Shown: positions 15,581 to 30,638 of the stretch, piece by piece | Layout of the letters: each line of letters opens with the position of its first letter | Numbering within the stretch: position 1 is the stretch's first letter | From: Eledone cirrhosa | Lineage: Eukaryota | Direction: 5' to 3' | Assembly: GCA_964016885.1 (NCBI GenBank) | Contig: OZ024758.1 | Coordinates: forward strand, 21,576,001 to 21,640,000 | DNA length: 64,000 nt | Made by a program: the position numbers and the translations under genes | Notes under the pieces: generated by a model | What the model was told of the DNA's origin: nothing | Database searches by the model: none | The model's input: only the letters and a program-made list of their open reading frames with translations

Positions 15581-17466
15581 TCATTAATTGATATTTTATA
15601 ACAAATTACAGGTAGTACAGGTAGAATAGGTACAACCCGTCAGGTAATATTGATATCGTTGATTGAATCTAAACTATAATAAAGTAAGGAGTGCGGGACA
15701 GCATCCGTTTTATATTTTTTTATTCCATTAATAAAATAAGTTGGATTTCCTTGAATAAATAATGAATGAATATTACATAATTTATCTACTAAATTTCATA
15801 GCTGTTGATTAAAGATATTTTATTGTTTATTTAAAGATTCACTTCTTTAAAATTTTCAAACGTCAACACGTCCGGTTAGCGATCGCTTAAATAAACATTC
15901 ATATATTTCCGTCACCAATTTTCTGCTAATGCAGTTTATATATAATATCGTCTTTTTTTAATGTATCACGGATTACATAAGTGTAACACAGTCTACGTTC
16001 AATTTCTGTGTATATTGTCAATCACGATTTTATTTGATGCATCATAGCTACATGCATACATACTTGCGTATAATATCAATATGCACACTACACGTGTTAG
16101 CAGAAAAATCACCCGAGGGTTGCTTTTTCTACTAGTCAATCTTAATGTGTCAATGTAATTTATTCTACCAATCCCAGAAGGATACAAAAGTAAAAGTCAA
16201 CTCCTGTAATATTCGAACTGATAATAAATATAAAGGATGTGTGATATATTTATATAAGCTTCCTACTCTTTTCTTCTTCACTGCCTTCTCCACCCTCCTC
16301 GTCCTTCTATCCACTGTAACAAATGTTATATATTAGCAAGCGCATTGATTGAAATTGGCTCCAGCTATATATAAAAACCGTCGTTCTGTTAATGGCATTA
16401 ATACCATTATTCTCCACTATCATTATATACTGGAAATTTTATTCTTAAATATGTGTATTCTAGCGGCTCGTTCTTACTAATCTCTAGGTAAGGGTTAAAG
16501 AAATCTAATTTCATGGTTAATGATTCCTCCAATTTTAAGGTGGAAGGTAATCGATAAACTCCGAGGTAATCTACTCTCACAAGTAATGTGGGCTAGTCGC
16601 TCTATAATTATTTCCAACTCATGATTATCTTTGGCATTCATGTTTTTATAAGAATATCAACACCGTTGTAGAATTTACCATAAGAGAATTTACCGACCTG
16701 GAAAATAGATGTGAAGCAACCGAAATGAAGCCGCCGTAGAAGCGGATATGATCCGAGGAGTAACTCTATTCCCCCCGTGATTATAAATTATAATCACTGA
16801 TTCTCAATATATTATTTGGATTTACTAAATTATATAAGTAGTTATATAATTCCCTGGTTGTTTTGTTACGGCAACATTTGTTAGAAGAGTGATATTGTAT
16901 ATATATCTGTACTATGATGTCAACGTGTCGTAGAATGTTTAACATCACTCATTAAAAGAAACACGTAGTCTATTCAAGGGAAATAATTCATTGTCCACAT
17001 GAAAGCCTACGGCAGACCTTTTCTGAGGTTTTATAACGTATTACTTTTTCTTTGAAGTCTTCAAGCCTCAAAGGACTTCAAGTGATTTATCATAAGACAG
17101 GCTCATTGAGGACCTTAAATGAGCAATCGTCACTAATTATATAATAACTATGAAGTAGTAATTATTAATCTGCTTAACTCTGTATTTTGATGAAAATATC
17201 AGTATTTAAAACTGATCAAACTATGTTTATTTTGGTTATGCTGACGGAAACATCTTATTTTGACACAGAGATATTCTCAGTAATATCGTAGCTACGAATG
17301 TATATTTTCCATCTTTTGTAGAGTTATATCATATTTGAATATATCACACTGATTAAAACTGTGAAATAATACTTATTAATATTACTTATGGTTAGAAAAT
17401 GATAAACATATGCGAGACAGGATTTGATCTGCATGAAAAATACCGCATAAATGACCACAAAAGGAT

Positions 17467-17645
17467 CAAAGGTAAACTGGAGCAGAATTCTAACGTTGTA
17501 ACCTCTCTGATCAAAGGTAAACTAGAGCAGAATTCTAACGTTGTAACCTCCCTGCTCAAAGGTAAACTGGAGCAGAATTCTAATGTTGTAACCTCTCTGC
17601 TCAAAGGTAAACTGGAGCAGAATTCTAACGTTGTAACCACTCTGC
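17467..17645. repeat. 45-bp minisatellite, 4 copies
   Basis: Unit TCAAAGGTAAACTGGAGCAGAATTCTAACGTTGTAACCTCTCTGC. Confidence 0.92.
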
Positions 17646-18287
17646 CAAATTGACCGTCTTACTTAAATACTAGAATGTATTAATCGTATTTGTTCCATTT
17701 GTAATAATATTGCTATATATCTTGTGTTTGACGTCATTTAACTAAATTTATGTAACTAATAATATTCTTATATAACAAAACAAGATCTTAATTTCCGACT
17801 TTGAAATATGATGTTGTACGTTTCCTGAAATATTGAAATCCTCCTTCCTTTAAACAATCGTTGTGACGACTATAACACTGGAAATTGTTTCAATCATATT
17901 TGCTTATAAGATCACCAACATAACATTCTTGTTAACTCTTATTTGTCTGCAACTGACATTAATATATGAGCAGTGTTATATTCTAAAGATATCCAGACGA
18001 AAATGTGGATCAAAATGTCATAAAATGTTAGTATTTTTTGTCTCAAATTTTGCTGAGTTCAAACTCCGTTTGAGCTCGTTTATCTTTTCATAACTCAGTC
18101 ACCTATTAAACATCTACTTGTTAAACAATGTTACATATTTCAATCGATTATATCCTACATATATATTAGTGACAGTCTTGAAAAAGAGTGAAGCAGCAGT
18201 GGGTGGTGACGACTTGCAGAAAACTGCTTAATTCCACTGCAAGCAGCGAACAATCACATGAACTGAAAAACTAAATTTTAACAGAAT

Positions 18288-18665
18288 AAATTTCTTAGGG
18301 TTTTCTAGGCTGTGGTATTAGTAAAATAAAATAAATTTCTTATGGTGTTCTAAGCTGTAGTTTTAGTAAAATAAAATTATTTTTTTAGGGTGTTCTAGTA
18401 AAATAAAAGAGATTTTTGGGGGTTCTCTAGGCTTAGGTGTTAGTAAAATAAATAAATTTCTTATGGTATTCTAAGTTGTGGTGCTAGTAAAATAAACTAA
18501 ATTCCTTAAGGTTTTCTAGGCTGTTGTAATAGTAAAACAAAGTACATTTTTGAAGGTGTTCTAGGAAGTTGTGTTAGTAAAATAATATAAATTTCTTAGG
18601 ATGTTCTAGGCTGTGGTATTAGTAAAATAAAACAAATTTCTTAGAGTGGTCTGGGTTGTTGTATT
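18288..18665. repeat. About 44-bp degenerate minisatellite, about 8 copies
   Basis: Unit approximately AAATTTCTTAGGGTGTTCTAGGCTGTGGTATTAGTAAAATAAAAT. Confidence 0.85.
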
Positions 18666-19083
18666 CGTCTGTACTACTACAACGTAGCTGCGTGTGAAAT
18701 AATTGTCAGAATTGGAATTATGGGCTTCGTTTCTTCTAGAGTTGTTAAGATACATAAGAGGATTGTTTCAGTCATTCTGTAATAAAGATAGTTAGAGAAA
18801 AATTGGTGAAGTTCTATCCAATTACTTGACAGAAAAATTAAGGGTTTGATATGACAGCGGTTGTAATGTTTCGTGAGAGATGCACTCTTTTTTATAGAAT
18901 ATTTACAAATATTAGGAGTTCCCTGTTATTTATGGATAGTTTACTGAATGTTTTTTTACTTCTATTGTTTTCTCCATTTCACCAACTTTGTAAGTTGCTG
19001 AAATATCATGTCATCCTCTACAGCTCTGTTTTTGTCATTCTATCAAGAAATTGAGTAGAACACGCATATGCTTCTACTCTAAC

Positions 19084-19295
19084 TGTAGTAGCAGTAGTAG
19101 TAGCAGCAGTAGCAGCAACAGTAGTTGTAGCAGCAGCAATAGTAGTAGTAGTAGTAATACCAGTAGTACCAATAGCAACAGTAGTAGTAGTAATAGCAGC
19201 AGATGCTGTAGTAGTAGCAGCAGCTGTAGTAGTAGTAGAACAGTAGTAGTAGTAGCAGCAACAGTATTTGTAGCAGGTGTAGTAGTAGTAGTATT
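19084..19295. repeat. (AGT/AGC)n trinucleotide tract
   Basis: Directly visible. Confidence 0.95.
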
Positions 19296-19584
19296 AAGTT
19301 GAGGTATCACGTGTTCACCACGTGCAGCGAAAATCTCTTGATGTACTTCGACGAAATTTTTAACAAGAAAATAAATCGGGTTCGTATATCAGAAAACTTT
19401 CTCTACGTTTCTTTTACACCTCTTCTTCCTGAGAGGGTGGGGCAGTGACCATTTTGTTTTACACTTCTTCTTCTAGTTCTTCTCCTTCCTGAGAGGGGGG
19501 GGGGCAGAGTCCGTTTTGTTTTACAATTCTTCATTTAAAATTTAGAAAACTAAAACGTAGATGAATTTTTGTAAGGATTATTGA

Positions 19585-19890
19585 TTTCTGATTTAGAAAC
19601 AAAGCTGACAAGTTTGTGCGGAGGGAAAAGTCAATTAAATCTACACCAGTGCATTACTGGTACTTTATTTTAATTTTTGCAAGGATAATGGATTCTGATT
19701 TAGGCACAAAGCTAACGAGTTTATGGGGAGGGAAAAGTTGATTAAATCGACCCCAGTGCGTTACTGGTACTTTATTTTAATTTTTGCAAGGATAATGGAA
19801 TCTGATTTAGGCACAAATCTAACAAGCTTTGGGGAGGGAAAAGTCGATTATATCGACCCCAGTACGTTACTGGTACTTTATTTTAATTTT
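19585..19890 (-). mobile_element. Three tandem 3' fragments of a SINE A subfamily (about 105-bp unit)
   Basis: Repeated TTTAGGCACAA...GGGGAGGGAAAAGTCGAT...TCGACCCCAGT...TTACTGGTACTTTATTTT. Confidence 0.75.
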
Positions 19891-20789
19891 CGAAATGATA
19901 ATACAAACGATAAATTACTGTGCATATTTCGTTTTTTACTTGTTTTTATTAGCCCTGTTTTATTTATGCCTGATCGTCTTTTGAAGACAATGAGCTCTGT
20001 CCCTAATCTAGACAAAGCGATAAGAAATGTTCATATAAAAATCTAATACTGTTGTATATTAAATAACGTTATTTTGTGATTGTTTGTTTGTCTAATTTCT
20101 TAACATTCCATGTAGAGATTAATGTGGACTTTATTACAGGATAACACTGAGAATTCTAGTATCTTTGGATGTGAAAACGAACGCGTACTGTTATTTGTGG
20201 CTAATATTTAAATGTTGGATTATTCTGTACTTACACACAATTCTGGTTTTGGTGAAATAGTTTCGTAATATTTATGTGACATTTTTTTACCTTCATTATC
20301 GATTCTATCCTTATTGTTGTATAGTTCCTCCTTTTTTATTATGTACCTTTGTATATTTTTCCAAGATTTATCCTTTCGTATTCACTTATTTTTTTCAATT
20401 TGCTTATTTTCGTGTGTCTTTTATGTAAACAGAAATATCCCTATTCGAAAAGCACTTCAGTTATTTGCCTGTAACATTTTGATAATATTCTTTTGATTTG
20501 GTGCAAACGCAACATTTACATGTGACAGGTAGAGACAATGAAAATGGCACCAACATATTGACTGTTTTATTTTATCCATCACGCAAGTATGAATGAGAAT
20601 GTATTTCTCTTGAGGATTTTACTCGACATGAATGCCTATATCACATTACCATATCAATTACTTTTACCACAGTTGATATTTGTTTGATTAAGCCTGGGTA
20701 CAATTCCTTTCATATAGGCATAACTGTGGATATCTACAACAGAATATCACTGAGGAAAACTAAGGTCTCGCTTCGTCCTCACTAGAATT

Positions 20790-21655
20790 TGACGAAATTG
20801 ACCGACAGGATCCCAGACCTAATTCGCTTACCGAGTGGGGTGGACCTTGTTAAATCAGACCGGGGGGAAACAATGTTTATATTGCTCTTTCCATAGCTGA
20901 TACTGTCTATCTGTTGCAACTCCTGGCAGAAAGCGCAATATGAAGTAAAGTGCCTTGCTCAAGGACATAACGCATCACCCTGTCTAGTAATCGAACCCTC
21001 AACTTTACGATTGCGAATCCAATTGTGTAACCAGTAAGCCATATGTCTTCACTACACTAGTTCCTATTCAGTAGTTACAGAATTGGATTTGCAATCGTGA
21101 GGTTGAGAGTTCGATTCCCTAACCGGCTGATGCGTTTGTCTAACCACTATTCAGGAACTAAGGGAGAAACAAAATTATTAATGGTGAATCACTGTGTGTG
21201 AACGTGTTAATAATGGCCTCATGGTCCCAGTGTTTCTTTCACATCTCAAGGATTACCGCCCCCCACCTCCCTTGTGTACAGTTTAAGCCATGATTTTTGC
21301 AGTTTTTTTATTTTATTCTCTTGTCATATTTATATTGTTTCTGTAATTAATCTTTCCTGGATTTCTGGAGATTTACATAGAAAAGTGTGAAGGGTCATGG
21401 CTTAGTGATTGAAGAGTTGGATTCGCAATCGTGAGGTTGCGAGTTCAATTCTCGGACAGGGTGATGTGTTGTATCCTTGAACAAGACACTTTATTTCATG
21501 TTGCTCTTTCTGCCAGGAGTTGCGACCGGTAGATAGTATCAGCAACGGAAAAAACCAATGGAAACATTGTTTCCTTGGTCTGATTTGACGAGATATACCC
21601 CACTCGCCCACTCGACAAGAGAATGAGGTTTGGGATCTTGTCGATCGATCAGAGA
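20790..21655. mobile_element. Two SINE family B copies in opposite orientation (20790-21055 minus, 21388-21655 plus) plus a head fragment
   Basis: tRNA-like heads and CORE-like segment; shared TCTGATTT.AC.AG and GGGATC tails. Confidence 0.7.
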
Positions 21656-21759
21656 GAGTATAAAAAATGGCTGTTGATAGCTATTATTTTCCTTTGTAAA
21701 TTTTATTGTGTTATGGTGTTGCTTGTTGCTGCACATGCATGGACAAACACTGAAAAACA

Positions 21760-22600
21760 ATTATATTTATATGACTAGTGTAATAGAAAAATGTGTGCGC
21801 TTTACAATCTTCACATTTTCTATCAAATTTGTAGATCATTTTGCTGGTTCACTGACATAGTTTTGTTGTTGATAAGTTTATTATAAATTCCAGTGATTTA
21901 TGGAATATAATATAGTCTTTATTCTATGCTTGGCTACTATGTATTTTCAATTCTATTTCTACGATATTTGATAAATTGTTCATCTATTTTATAGTTGAAA
22001 TGCGTTTGTTTAACTGTAAATATTATTTACTTTTAAAAGGTATATCTTCTGTATCTACTACAGTAAATTCTTTCTATGCTTTCTATGTTATTCTAAAGTA
22101 TCATCTACTAACTTGCTTCTATATTCGTCTTTGTTTTCTTCTGCAGATATCTTCGTATATTACTTTGTTTATGGAAAAGAACTTGTTTGTTCTACGAAAT
22201 TTTCCCACTGATATTTTATATGAATATGTGAATAATCTCTGCCTCAATATATGTAAACATATTCTTTGTGTTTTAGAACGGACGATTGTTTTGTTTCTGG
22301 TATTATCATCTCTAGATATGTATCTAAAAATGGAGTTATTTTAACACCGTGACTTTAATTTTGATTATTTTTGCTATGGAAATTTTAGGCTAATAATTTA
22401 CCGTTGTATTTTAATCTTTCGACATCTTGCAGTGTACCTCTAACGAAATCTATACCAACATCTTTGGTGTAGATAGTAGGCTTATCCATTGGTGTCACTT
22501 TACTTTCTACTGTGGTGCAATTAAACACAGACAACGTGAGCTCTAATGTAGAATACCTGGGTATTGGATCATTATTGATGTGAAAGGAATGTGTACGTTG
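21760..22600 (-). mobile_element. Possible highly decayed retroelement (PLE-like RT) remnant
   Basis: Weak minus-strand motifs PMDKP and FRYISRDD, with many stops. Confidence 0.25.
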
Positions 22601-25064
22601 GTCCAGTCGGCATTTTGAAATGTGGGGCTGAATTCAATATTGCATATATATATTGCAATGTGTCGTATAGACTTAACCATTCAAGAGTAGATTACTTTAA
22701 CACGGAGCCAGCTTTGTCCCAGTGTTCAATTGGGAACAATTGGTCGAATTGGCTTAAACCCGGCTCTGACATTTCTCATCACGTTAGAGGAGTTAAATTT
22801 AAAACCTCGGTATTTATTACGACTCCGTGAGCTCTAGGTTCAAATTCCACCGAGATTTATTTGGCTTTTCATCTCTCGTGTTGGATAAGTAAAAAGCCGA
22901 TCTAGAGGATGGAAATTGGCGAGACTGTTAAAAAATCAGACGGAATATTTTGCAGCATCTCTTATCCTATACTTGTTATGTTATTATGCTTCTGTCAGGA
23001 GTTTCAACAACTAGACAGTATCAGCAATGGAAATACGATTGGAAGCATAGTTTCAATGGTATGTTCAGCTGAGTGTTGTGCTCCCTTTTTTCAATAAATC
23101 ATCAGGACTGAACTCTTATAAATGCGACTGTTTATAAATACAAAATATGAACTACCATCCTTTGTGGACAGAAATTGTTAAACACAACAGACCACCAGAC
23201 AATAAATAACAAAGAATTTATTTTTCTTCATCTATTGGAGAAATACAGAAAGATCGCTAATTATATTTTATTAAGTCCAACAAGACATTCGTTTTTCTCA
23301 TAATGTAAATTAAATGATAAATTGCTCTTACTGTATTATATGTCATAAATATAACAATATACGGTTTAAAATTGAATATAAAAGTTAAAGTACATATGTT
23401 TCATATTTTAAACAAAGAAAATAACAAGAACGTTTTAAAAAACATATTAAATTCAATGTTATATTTTTTTTTTATTTCAATTTCTAAATCTATTCTTAAC
23501 CGTAAATAATGTGTATCTTTGAAATTACTTTTCTGTCAGACACTATATATTATCATCAATGAAATAATATTTCGAGTAGAAATAAGAATTTCCTCTGCCT
23601 TGTTTATTGAATATAATAATTTTGTTGAAAAACTCTTATAGAAGTGCCATCAATATCGCTAACATTTGACATCATGTAACATATTATAAATAACTGAGAC
23701 ACACACACACTGACACACACTGACACTCACACACTCACACATATATATATATACATACACTTTTAGGCTACGGCCAACCACACGAACCTTTAACAGTACC
23801 TGAACAAGCATGGGGAAAAGCCATGCACTCGACCAATCACACTCTTTGAGCATCGAAAACACTACCGCAAAAGGAGAACTGTTCAACATCATCAGATGTT
23901 TCCGAAGCCGCAGGTTCTTTTTTTTTTTTAGTTTCCCTCTCCTAGAAAGGTGTTGTGACAACAACTGGCGGCCTTTCACTACCAGGTGACAAAAATAAAG
24001 TACTATTTGGATGACCGTTGACTCTGCTGAATTCCATCACCCTTTGCCGGGTCTTTTATTTCATCCCACAGGGTGTCCAAATATCCTCCTCACCAAGAGA
24101 CAGGTTGTACTGGATTACATGTTACCAGTAGCACTCGAGAGTAACCTGACCATACATACATACAGACACATACGCACACAAGCGCTTACACTACCCAAGC
24201 ACGTAAGTAACTGTGTGCGCGACAATATTAGCAAAAACAAACTTGCCTTCCTTCCGTAAGGCTAAACGACGAGATAAGTACCAGTCATTTACTGGTGTAG
24301 ATATAAACCACTTTAACCATGCCCTAAATAAATCAATATTTATATGTCTGTATTTGTTGTTTACAGAATTGAGAACAAACAAGTAAACTACCAGGTCACA
24401 CTATGATGGGTCCTCAACCAATATCGACGATCAGTGTGCTAGTTGTTCGATCAACAGAAAAACATACTCATTAAAGTCGCGTACAACTATTTTGAAGATT
24501 CCACTGACACGTTAACTCTTAATGTACCTTTCAGTCAGAAGCATCGCCACCTGGTGTTAAATTACGGACGTAGCCCATTGAATTACCGCTCGGTAATTTT
24601 GAGTTGAGTAGACCGCTGGTTATTTCAATATACACTTGCCCAATAGACCAGACATGTCAAACTGAGGGTCGTCCGGCGAAGAAGACAAAGAGGAAGAGGA
24701 AGACAAAGAAGTCTAAGAAGGAGGAGGAGGAGAAGAATAAAACGTCGACGAAGAATAAGGTTATTCCATTAGGGATACAAGGGGGACACTGTATGTATAT
24801 ATATGTGTGTGTACGTGTGTGTGTGTGTGTCAGTGTGGGTGTGTGAGTGTCAGTGTGTGTATATGTGTGTGTGTGTGTGTCAGTGTGTGTGTATGTGTGT
24901 GTGTGTGTGTGTGTAAATGTGTGTGTGTGTATGTGTGTGTGTATCAGTTGTTTATAAAGTGTTACACGATGTCAAATGCTAGCGATATTGATGGCACTTC
25001 TATGAGTTTTTCAACAGAATTATTTGAACTGACACAGACCCTACACATATCAATATAGGATATA

Positions 25065-25613
25065 CTAGCAGTGGTACGCGGCGTTGCACGGGATAAGGTA
25101 TTGTGAAATATATAACCACCTTAGCTAAGCTTCGTATTGCCACAACCACGGCTGGCAAAGAAGTAAAGGTCTGGTGGTACGCAAGTAAGCAACACTGTGG
25201 CTTAAAACGTTTTGGGAATGAGTGTGAGATTTGTCTTGAGCAAGGGTGGCAGAATAACCGCATGCAGTTGACAGCCAGACATACAGACAGATATTATAAG
25301 GGCGCGTCTGGACGCAGAGCGAATTGTAGGAACAGACATACAGACAGATATTATAAGGGCGCGACGTTATATGTATGTATCTATCTAAAAAGAGAAAGAC
25401 TAAGAATTATAAAGAGAAATCGCTAAATCGCCTAATGCGGTCCCTAGGGCATTGAAAATTTGAAATTTGAATTTTTTTTGCTCAGAACACTCCCTGAAAC
25501 ATAAGTATTACATGTGTAAACTTTAAAAACAGACGGTTGGGTGCTTCTCTAGTTTTAGGGATTCAAACTCAAACACACACACAGACAGACATCCTCAGTT
25601 TTATAAATATAGA
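25065..25613 (-). mobile_element. Non-autonomous Helitron
   Basis: Minus strand: 5' A|TCTATAT, (TGTC)n, subterminal hairpin CCCGTGCAACGCCGCG, 3' CTAG|T. The 5' 350 bp is shared with 55814-56536. Confidence 0.75.
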
Positions 25614-25936
25614 TAGTTTAAACACAGTTCCACAGAAAACACCGCATCCTTCTCAAAGCGTATCTGACCAAAGAAGAATGAGAAGTTGTACTGTCATTAC
25701 ATGTTCTATCTAATCTATATTTCACTAATAAATATCTAATCAAAAAATGACCTCAAAACAAAACTGAACAAAGTGATTGCACTAATGTTGACGAGTAAAC
25801 AGAATGTCATTTTTGCTATCTCTCCAGGGAAACGTTCGTAAAGCCAGTGACGTCACACAACGTATATTGTCGTCGTTTAATTCAGCAGCTGCGACAATGC
25901 TTACTGATCATTCCTGAATAACAGCCGGCTCCACAC

Positions 25937-25986
<50 letters not shown>

Positions 25987-26017
25987 GCATATACATAATG
26001 TAACACATAAACACACT

Positions 26018-26052
<35 letters not shown>

Positions 26053-26120
26053 TAGCCGAATCCTCACGTATATATATATACACACATATACATAAGGTAA
26101 CACATAAATAGACACTCATA

Positions 26121-26159
<39 letters not shown>

Positions 26160-26440
26160 AGAGAGAGGGGGTATATATAGAGAGTAAATACACTGAGACA
26201 CACAAACAGCCATGCACATATTCATATATATATATATATACATATACACATGCAGAGAGACAGAGAGAGAGAAAAGAAGTACACTAAGACACTCAAACGC
26301 TCACGCATACTCATACATGCATATATACATATATATATACATATATATAGACATATATATATATACATACATATATATACATCGATATATATACACATAT
26401 ATATATACATTCATATATATATACATCCATATATGTACAT

Positions 26441-26481
<41 letters not shown>

Positions 26482-26484
26482 TAT

Positions 26485-27058
26485 GGTGGCTGCCAACTCG
26501 TTTTCGAGTACGGCCACTACTTTATATCTATGTAGGAGAACCCCTACCGATGCACTGAACGAGTGTGACTTTTTAAACCAGCCAGCGACTTGAAAACTCT
26601 GGTACAAACACTACACTTGTGACAATTATTGACACACAGTGCTGGGCCCATGGCACAATGTGACGACAAGTGCAGAGAGATATCCAGATATAAAGCAATG
26701 CCTGTGCCGTGAAGCTTTTATAGTGAGCAAAGGCACTGCACAAAGCCAGTCCCACTCTCTTAACCAAGATGATATTTACCAAAAAGAAGAACAAGTCAAC
26801 ATCATTGGATACCATCAGAGTTGCAGGTGTTATATCAGAGCTTTCCTTCTCTTAGAATTCTGCCTTGACAAAGGCTAAGGGGTCATCTCTCCCGGTCATT
26901 TTGGATGGCCATTGACTCTTAAGAGCTCCTTTGCCCTTTGACAGGTTTTGTTTTTAGTCCTGCAGGATGTCCAAGTCACCCTCCTCACCAAGAAACCTTG
27001 GTGGGGTTGCCAGTTTAGTCGCCAACGACCCGACCATGAGACAGGTTGTACTGGGATA
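26485..27058 (+). mobile_element. Unclassified about 600-bp TA-flanked repeat (family C)
   Basis: Near-identical inverted copy at 49968-50574; diverged fragments at 24010-24150, 44880-45055 and 60330-60510. Confidence 0.85.
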
Positions 27059-27162
27059 CATACATATGTATATACATCCATATATATTCATATCTCTCTC
27101 TGTCTCTCTCTCTCTCTCTGTCTCTCTCTGTATGTGTGTATATTTACACACATATATATATA

Positions 27163-27340
27163 ATTGTTTCTACCTTTGGCACAAGGCCAGCAATTATTCC
27201 AGTGTATTACTGGTACTTTATTTTATCGACCCCATAAGGATGAAAGGCAAAGTTAACCTTGGCTAGATTTGAACTCAGATCACAAAGGGCTGCAACTCAG
27301 TAAGCATGGCATCAGACTCTGTACCGATACTGCCAATCCA
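27163..27340 (-). mobile_element. SINE family A
   Basis: Reverse complement of the consensus. Confidence 0.85.
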
Positions 27341-27554
27341 TATATAATATAATATAAACCGACCAATCAACGATATATAGAGAGATGGATGTTCATCCAT
27401 GAATACCACTAAATTGAATTTTATACATACATTTTTCTTCTTTATAGCAAAACATCTTTACTGTCTGTAAACAAGCGCTCGACCTTCCTAACTTATGCAA
27501 ATACTATTGTACTTTCTTATGTTAATGCGTATATATATACATATATATATATAA

Positions 27555-27988
27555 TTGGTGTGGGATGCTTAAAGCGTCCGTAAGCGGTAGGCCATTTGAG
27601 CACTCGATGCTCTTACAGAGCAGAGTATAATATCACATAAGAAACGGAGAATCAGTGTTACGACGAATAAAATGTATTAGACATATTGCAATAGTTTCTC
27701 TGGCAACCAGCTCGAGGCACGATCGATGTAATGATCGAACCTGACTCAGAAATCGCAAGGTCCTCAGATACGTCTCGATTCTACGAAGCAAAGTTTCCAT
27801 ATGTCCAGTTACACATGCGGGTCTCACTCGGTGGCTTAGATCCTTGCATATCTGACGACCTTGCGATTTCAGAGTCAGGTAAGATCATTACATCGATCGT
27901 GCCTTGAGATGGTCGTCAGAGAAACGATTGTAATATGTCTAATAAATTTTATTCGTCGCAACACTGATTTTCCGTTTCTTATGTGATA
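27555..27988. mobile_element. Palindromic PLE pLTR insertion (about 140-bp arms, about 75-nt tail)
   Basis: Arms 27631-27772 and 27847-27988; TA-flanked; contains an HHR. Confidence 0.75.
27847..27937 (+). ncRNA. Minimal hammerhead ribozyme
   Basis: CATAT-CTGACGA-[imperfect stem II]-GAAA-CGATTG-TA-ATATG; stem I is a perfect 5 bp. Confidence 0.65.
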
Positions 27989-28265
27989 TATATTTATATA
28001 TATTTATTTGTAAGCGATTAAATGTTTTAAACATAACTTTGATGCTTGCGTATTCTATATTACTGCTCTGTAAAACAACGGATGTTCTTACATTGAACTA
28101 TTTCTCTTACTGGTAATAATGTAGAAATAAATTACTGACCTTCCCTGTTTATAGTTGTCTATAGTATAGTATATACATAACTATAAATAGTATCTAACAA
28201 CTTCTAACAACTTCACTCCTCCCTCTTAATATTCTCTATAAAAACCAAACAATTTCTCAATGATA

Positions 28266-28386
28266 TTATTCTGATGAAATGGTAGTTGAAAATAAAATTG
28301 AAATATTGAGTGTCTGCATAGTTAAAACATTGTAGATACCAGCTGTTTCCAGGTTGTATAACTGTTATTGAAACACGTGTCAATAA
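28266..28386 (+). ncRNA. Minimal hammerhead ribozyme with long loop 2
   Basis: TTATT-CTGATGA-AATGGTAGTT...AACTGTTATT-GAAA-CACGTG-TC-AATAA. Palindromic loop 3 and a GUC site. Confidence 0.8.
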
Positions 28387-28422
28387 ATTCCTTTTACTGA
28401 ACTGTATCCATTTAAATCCTTC

Positions 28423-29200
<778 letters not shown>

Positions 29201-29604
29201 CCACGATAAATTAACGGAGGCATAGGCCCTCGCTATTCCCTGTAAATAATGTGCTCAAAGGAGAAGAAATCCTGAACTCTTTAAAATACAATATGTTGAA
29301 AAGGTAACACACTAGAGAGAGATATACAGTGCGCTATCAATAAAACAGGGAAAAAATGATGAACCGTGGCTAACCCATTTCTGTCAACAAATTACTGGTG
29401 AAACATATCTTTCGATTTGTACGTGTGTTATATAGTTATAGAGGTATTTATTTACGCTTTAATTTATATTTTTAATTATCGTGTCTATAGTCTGCCTTTC
29501 ATAGGTTATAGATTCCATACACTGGTGGGTTTTTTCCCAGTTCTATTGATAGCGCACTGTATATCTCTCTCTGGTGTGTTACCTTTTCAATATATTGTGT
29601 ATAT
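29201..29604. mobile_element. Palindromic PLE pLTR insertion with left tail
   Basis: Arms about 29284-29356 and 29529-29604. The spacer holds TGATGA-ACCGTGG...TTACTGGT-GAAA-CATA-TC-TTT (HHR-like, first core C lost at the junction). Confidence 0.7.
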
Positions 29605-29682
29605 TTATATATATATTTATATATTAATATATATATATATATATTTATATATTAATATATATATATATATATATTTATATAT

Positions 29683-29714
<32 letters not shown>

Positions 29715-29716
29715 TA

Positions 29717-29790
<74 letters not shown>

Positions 29791-29817
29791 TTATATTAAT
29801 ATATATATATATATATT

Positions 29818-30420
29818 TGGGCAAAGCTGATGGAATACTTTCCACATCATGCAGATAATGTAACGCTCACAGCTACGTTGGAGAGAATAAAGGTTGAGCT
29901 TTTCTAATCGACTCCAATAGTCAAGGCCTGTCATGCCATCTATCTTTTTTGTAATTGACCTTTGGGGTGCTTCAACTTTCATGATACTTTGTTTCGTGTG
30001 GGGTGACCACAGTGGACAACAGTATTAAGGTGGGGTCCGGCAAAAGTGGAGAAGAAAAGGATAACAGTGTAGATACCTCTCAACTGGAAAGTTCTGAGAA
30101 TCCAGGGACACATTCTGCGGGCCATATCAACTTTGATGTTTATGTGAGTGGCCCAGCTTATGTTGTTGTCCACAATTACTCCCAGGTCTCTGATTTATTG
30201 GATGCCACTAGAGTTTCACCCGTAGGAAGAGAGTATGGTAGTTTCAGGGCATCCTTTTTTCCAAAGTGGACTAATTCAAACTTATCCTCATTCAACAGCA
30301 TATTATTCATTTCTGCCCATTGAATAACAGCCAGTAGATGATGACAGTTTGGAGCTTGGAATCATCTGCGAAGATTCTTATGTTGCTTTGCTAGATGATG
30401 TCAGTAATGTCATTAATGTA
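29818..30420 (-). mobile_element. CR1-group LINE ORF2 3' fragment (RT C-terminus), frameshifted
   Basis: FADDSKL, DNNISWATHI, QRSITKKIDGMTGLDYWSRLEKLNLYSLQR. Confidence 0.85.
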
Positions 30421-30594
30421 GATGATGATATTTATATATATATATATTTATATTTTTATATATATATATTTATATATATATATATGTGTGTGTGTAGAGA
30501 GAGAGCGAGAGAGAAAGTAGGATCAAAGTCATTGTTGCAGCTTATGTACGTGTGTGTATGTGTGCGTATACGTGTATATATATACATACATATG

Positions 30595-30638
<44 letters not shown>

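Noticed and set aside
17399-17653. Repeat-protein-like ORF (KGKLEQNSNVVTSL)x4 or CRISPR-like array
   Set aside because: It is a 45-bp minisatellite with no unique spacers and no cas genes, in a eukaryotic context.
18288-18665. TTAGGG-like words suggesting interstitial telomere
   Set aside because: These are single words inside a 44-bp unit, not tandem telomeric repeats.
19051-19310. Poly-Ser and poly-Leu ORFs
   Set aside because: They arise from a trinucleotide microsatellite.
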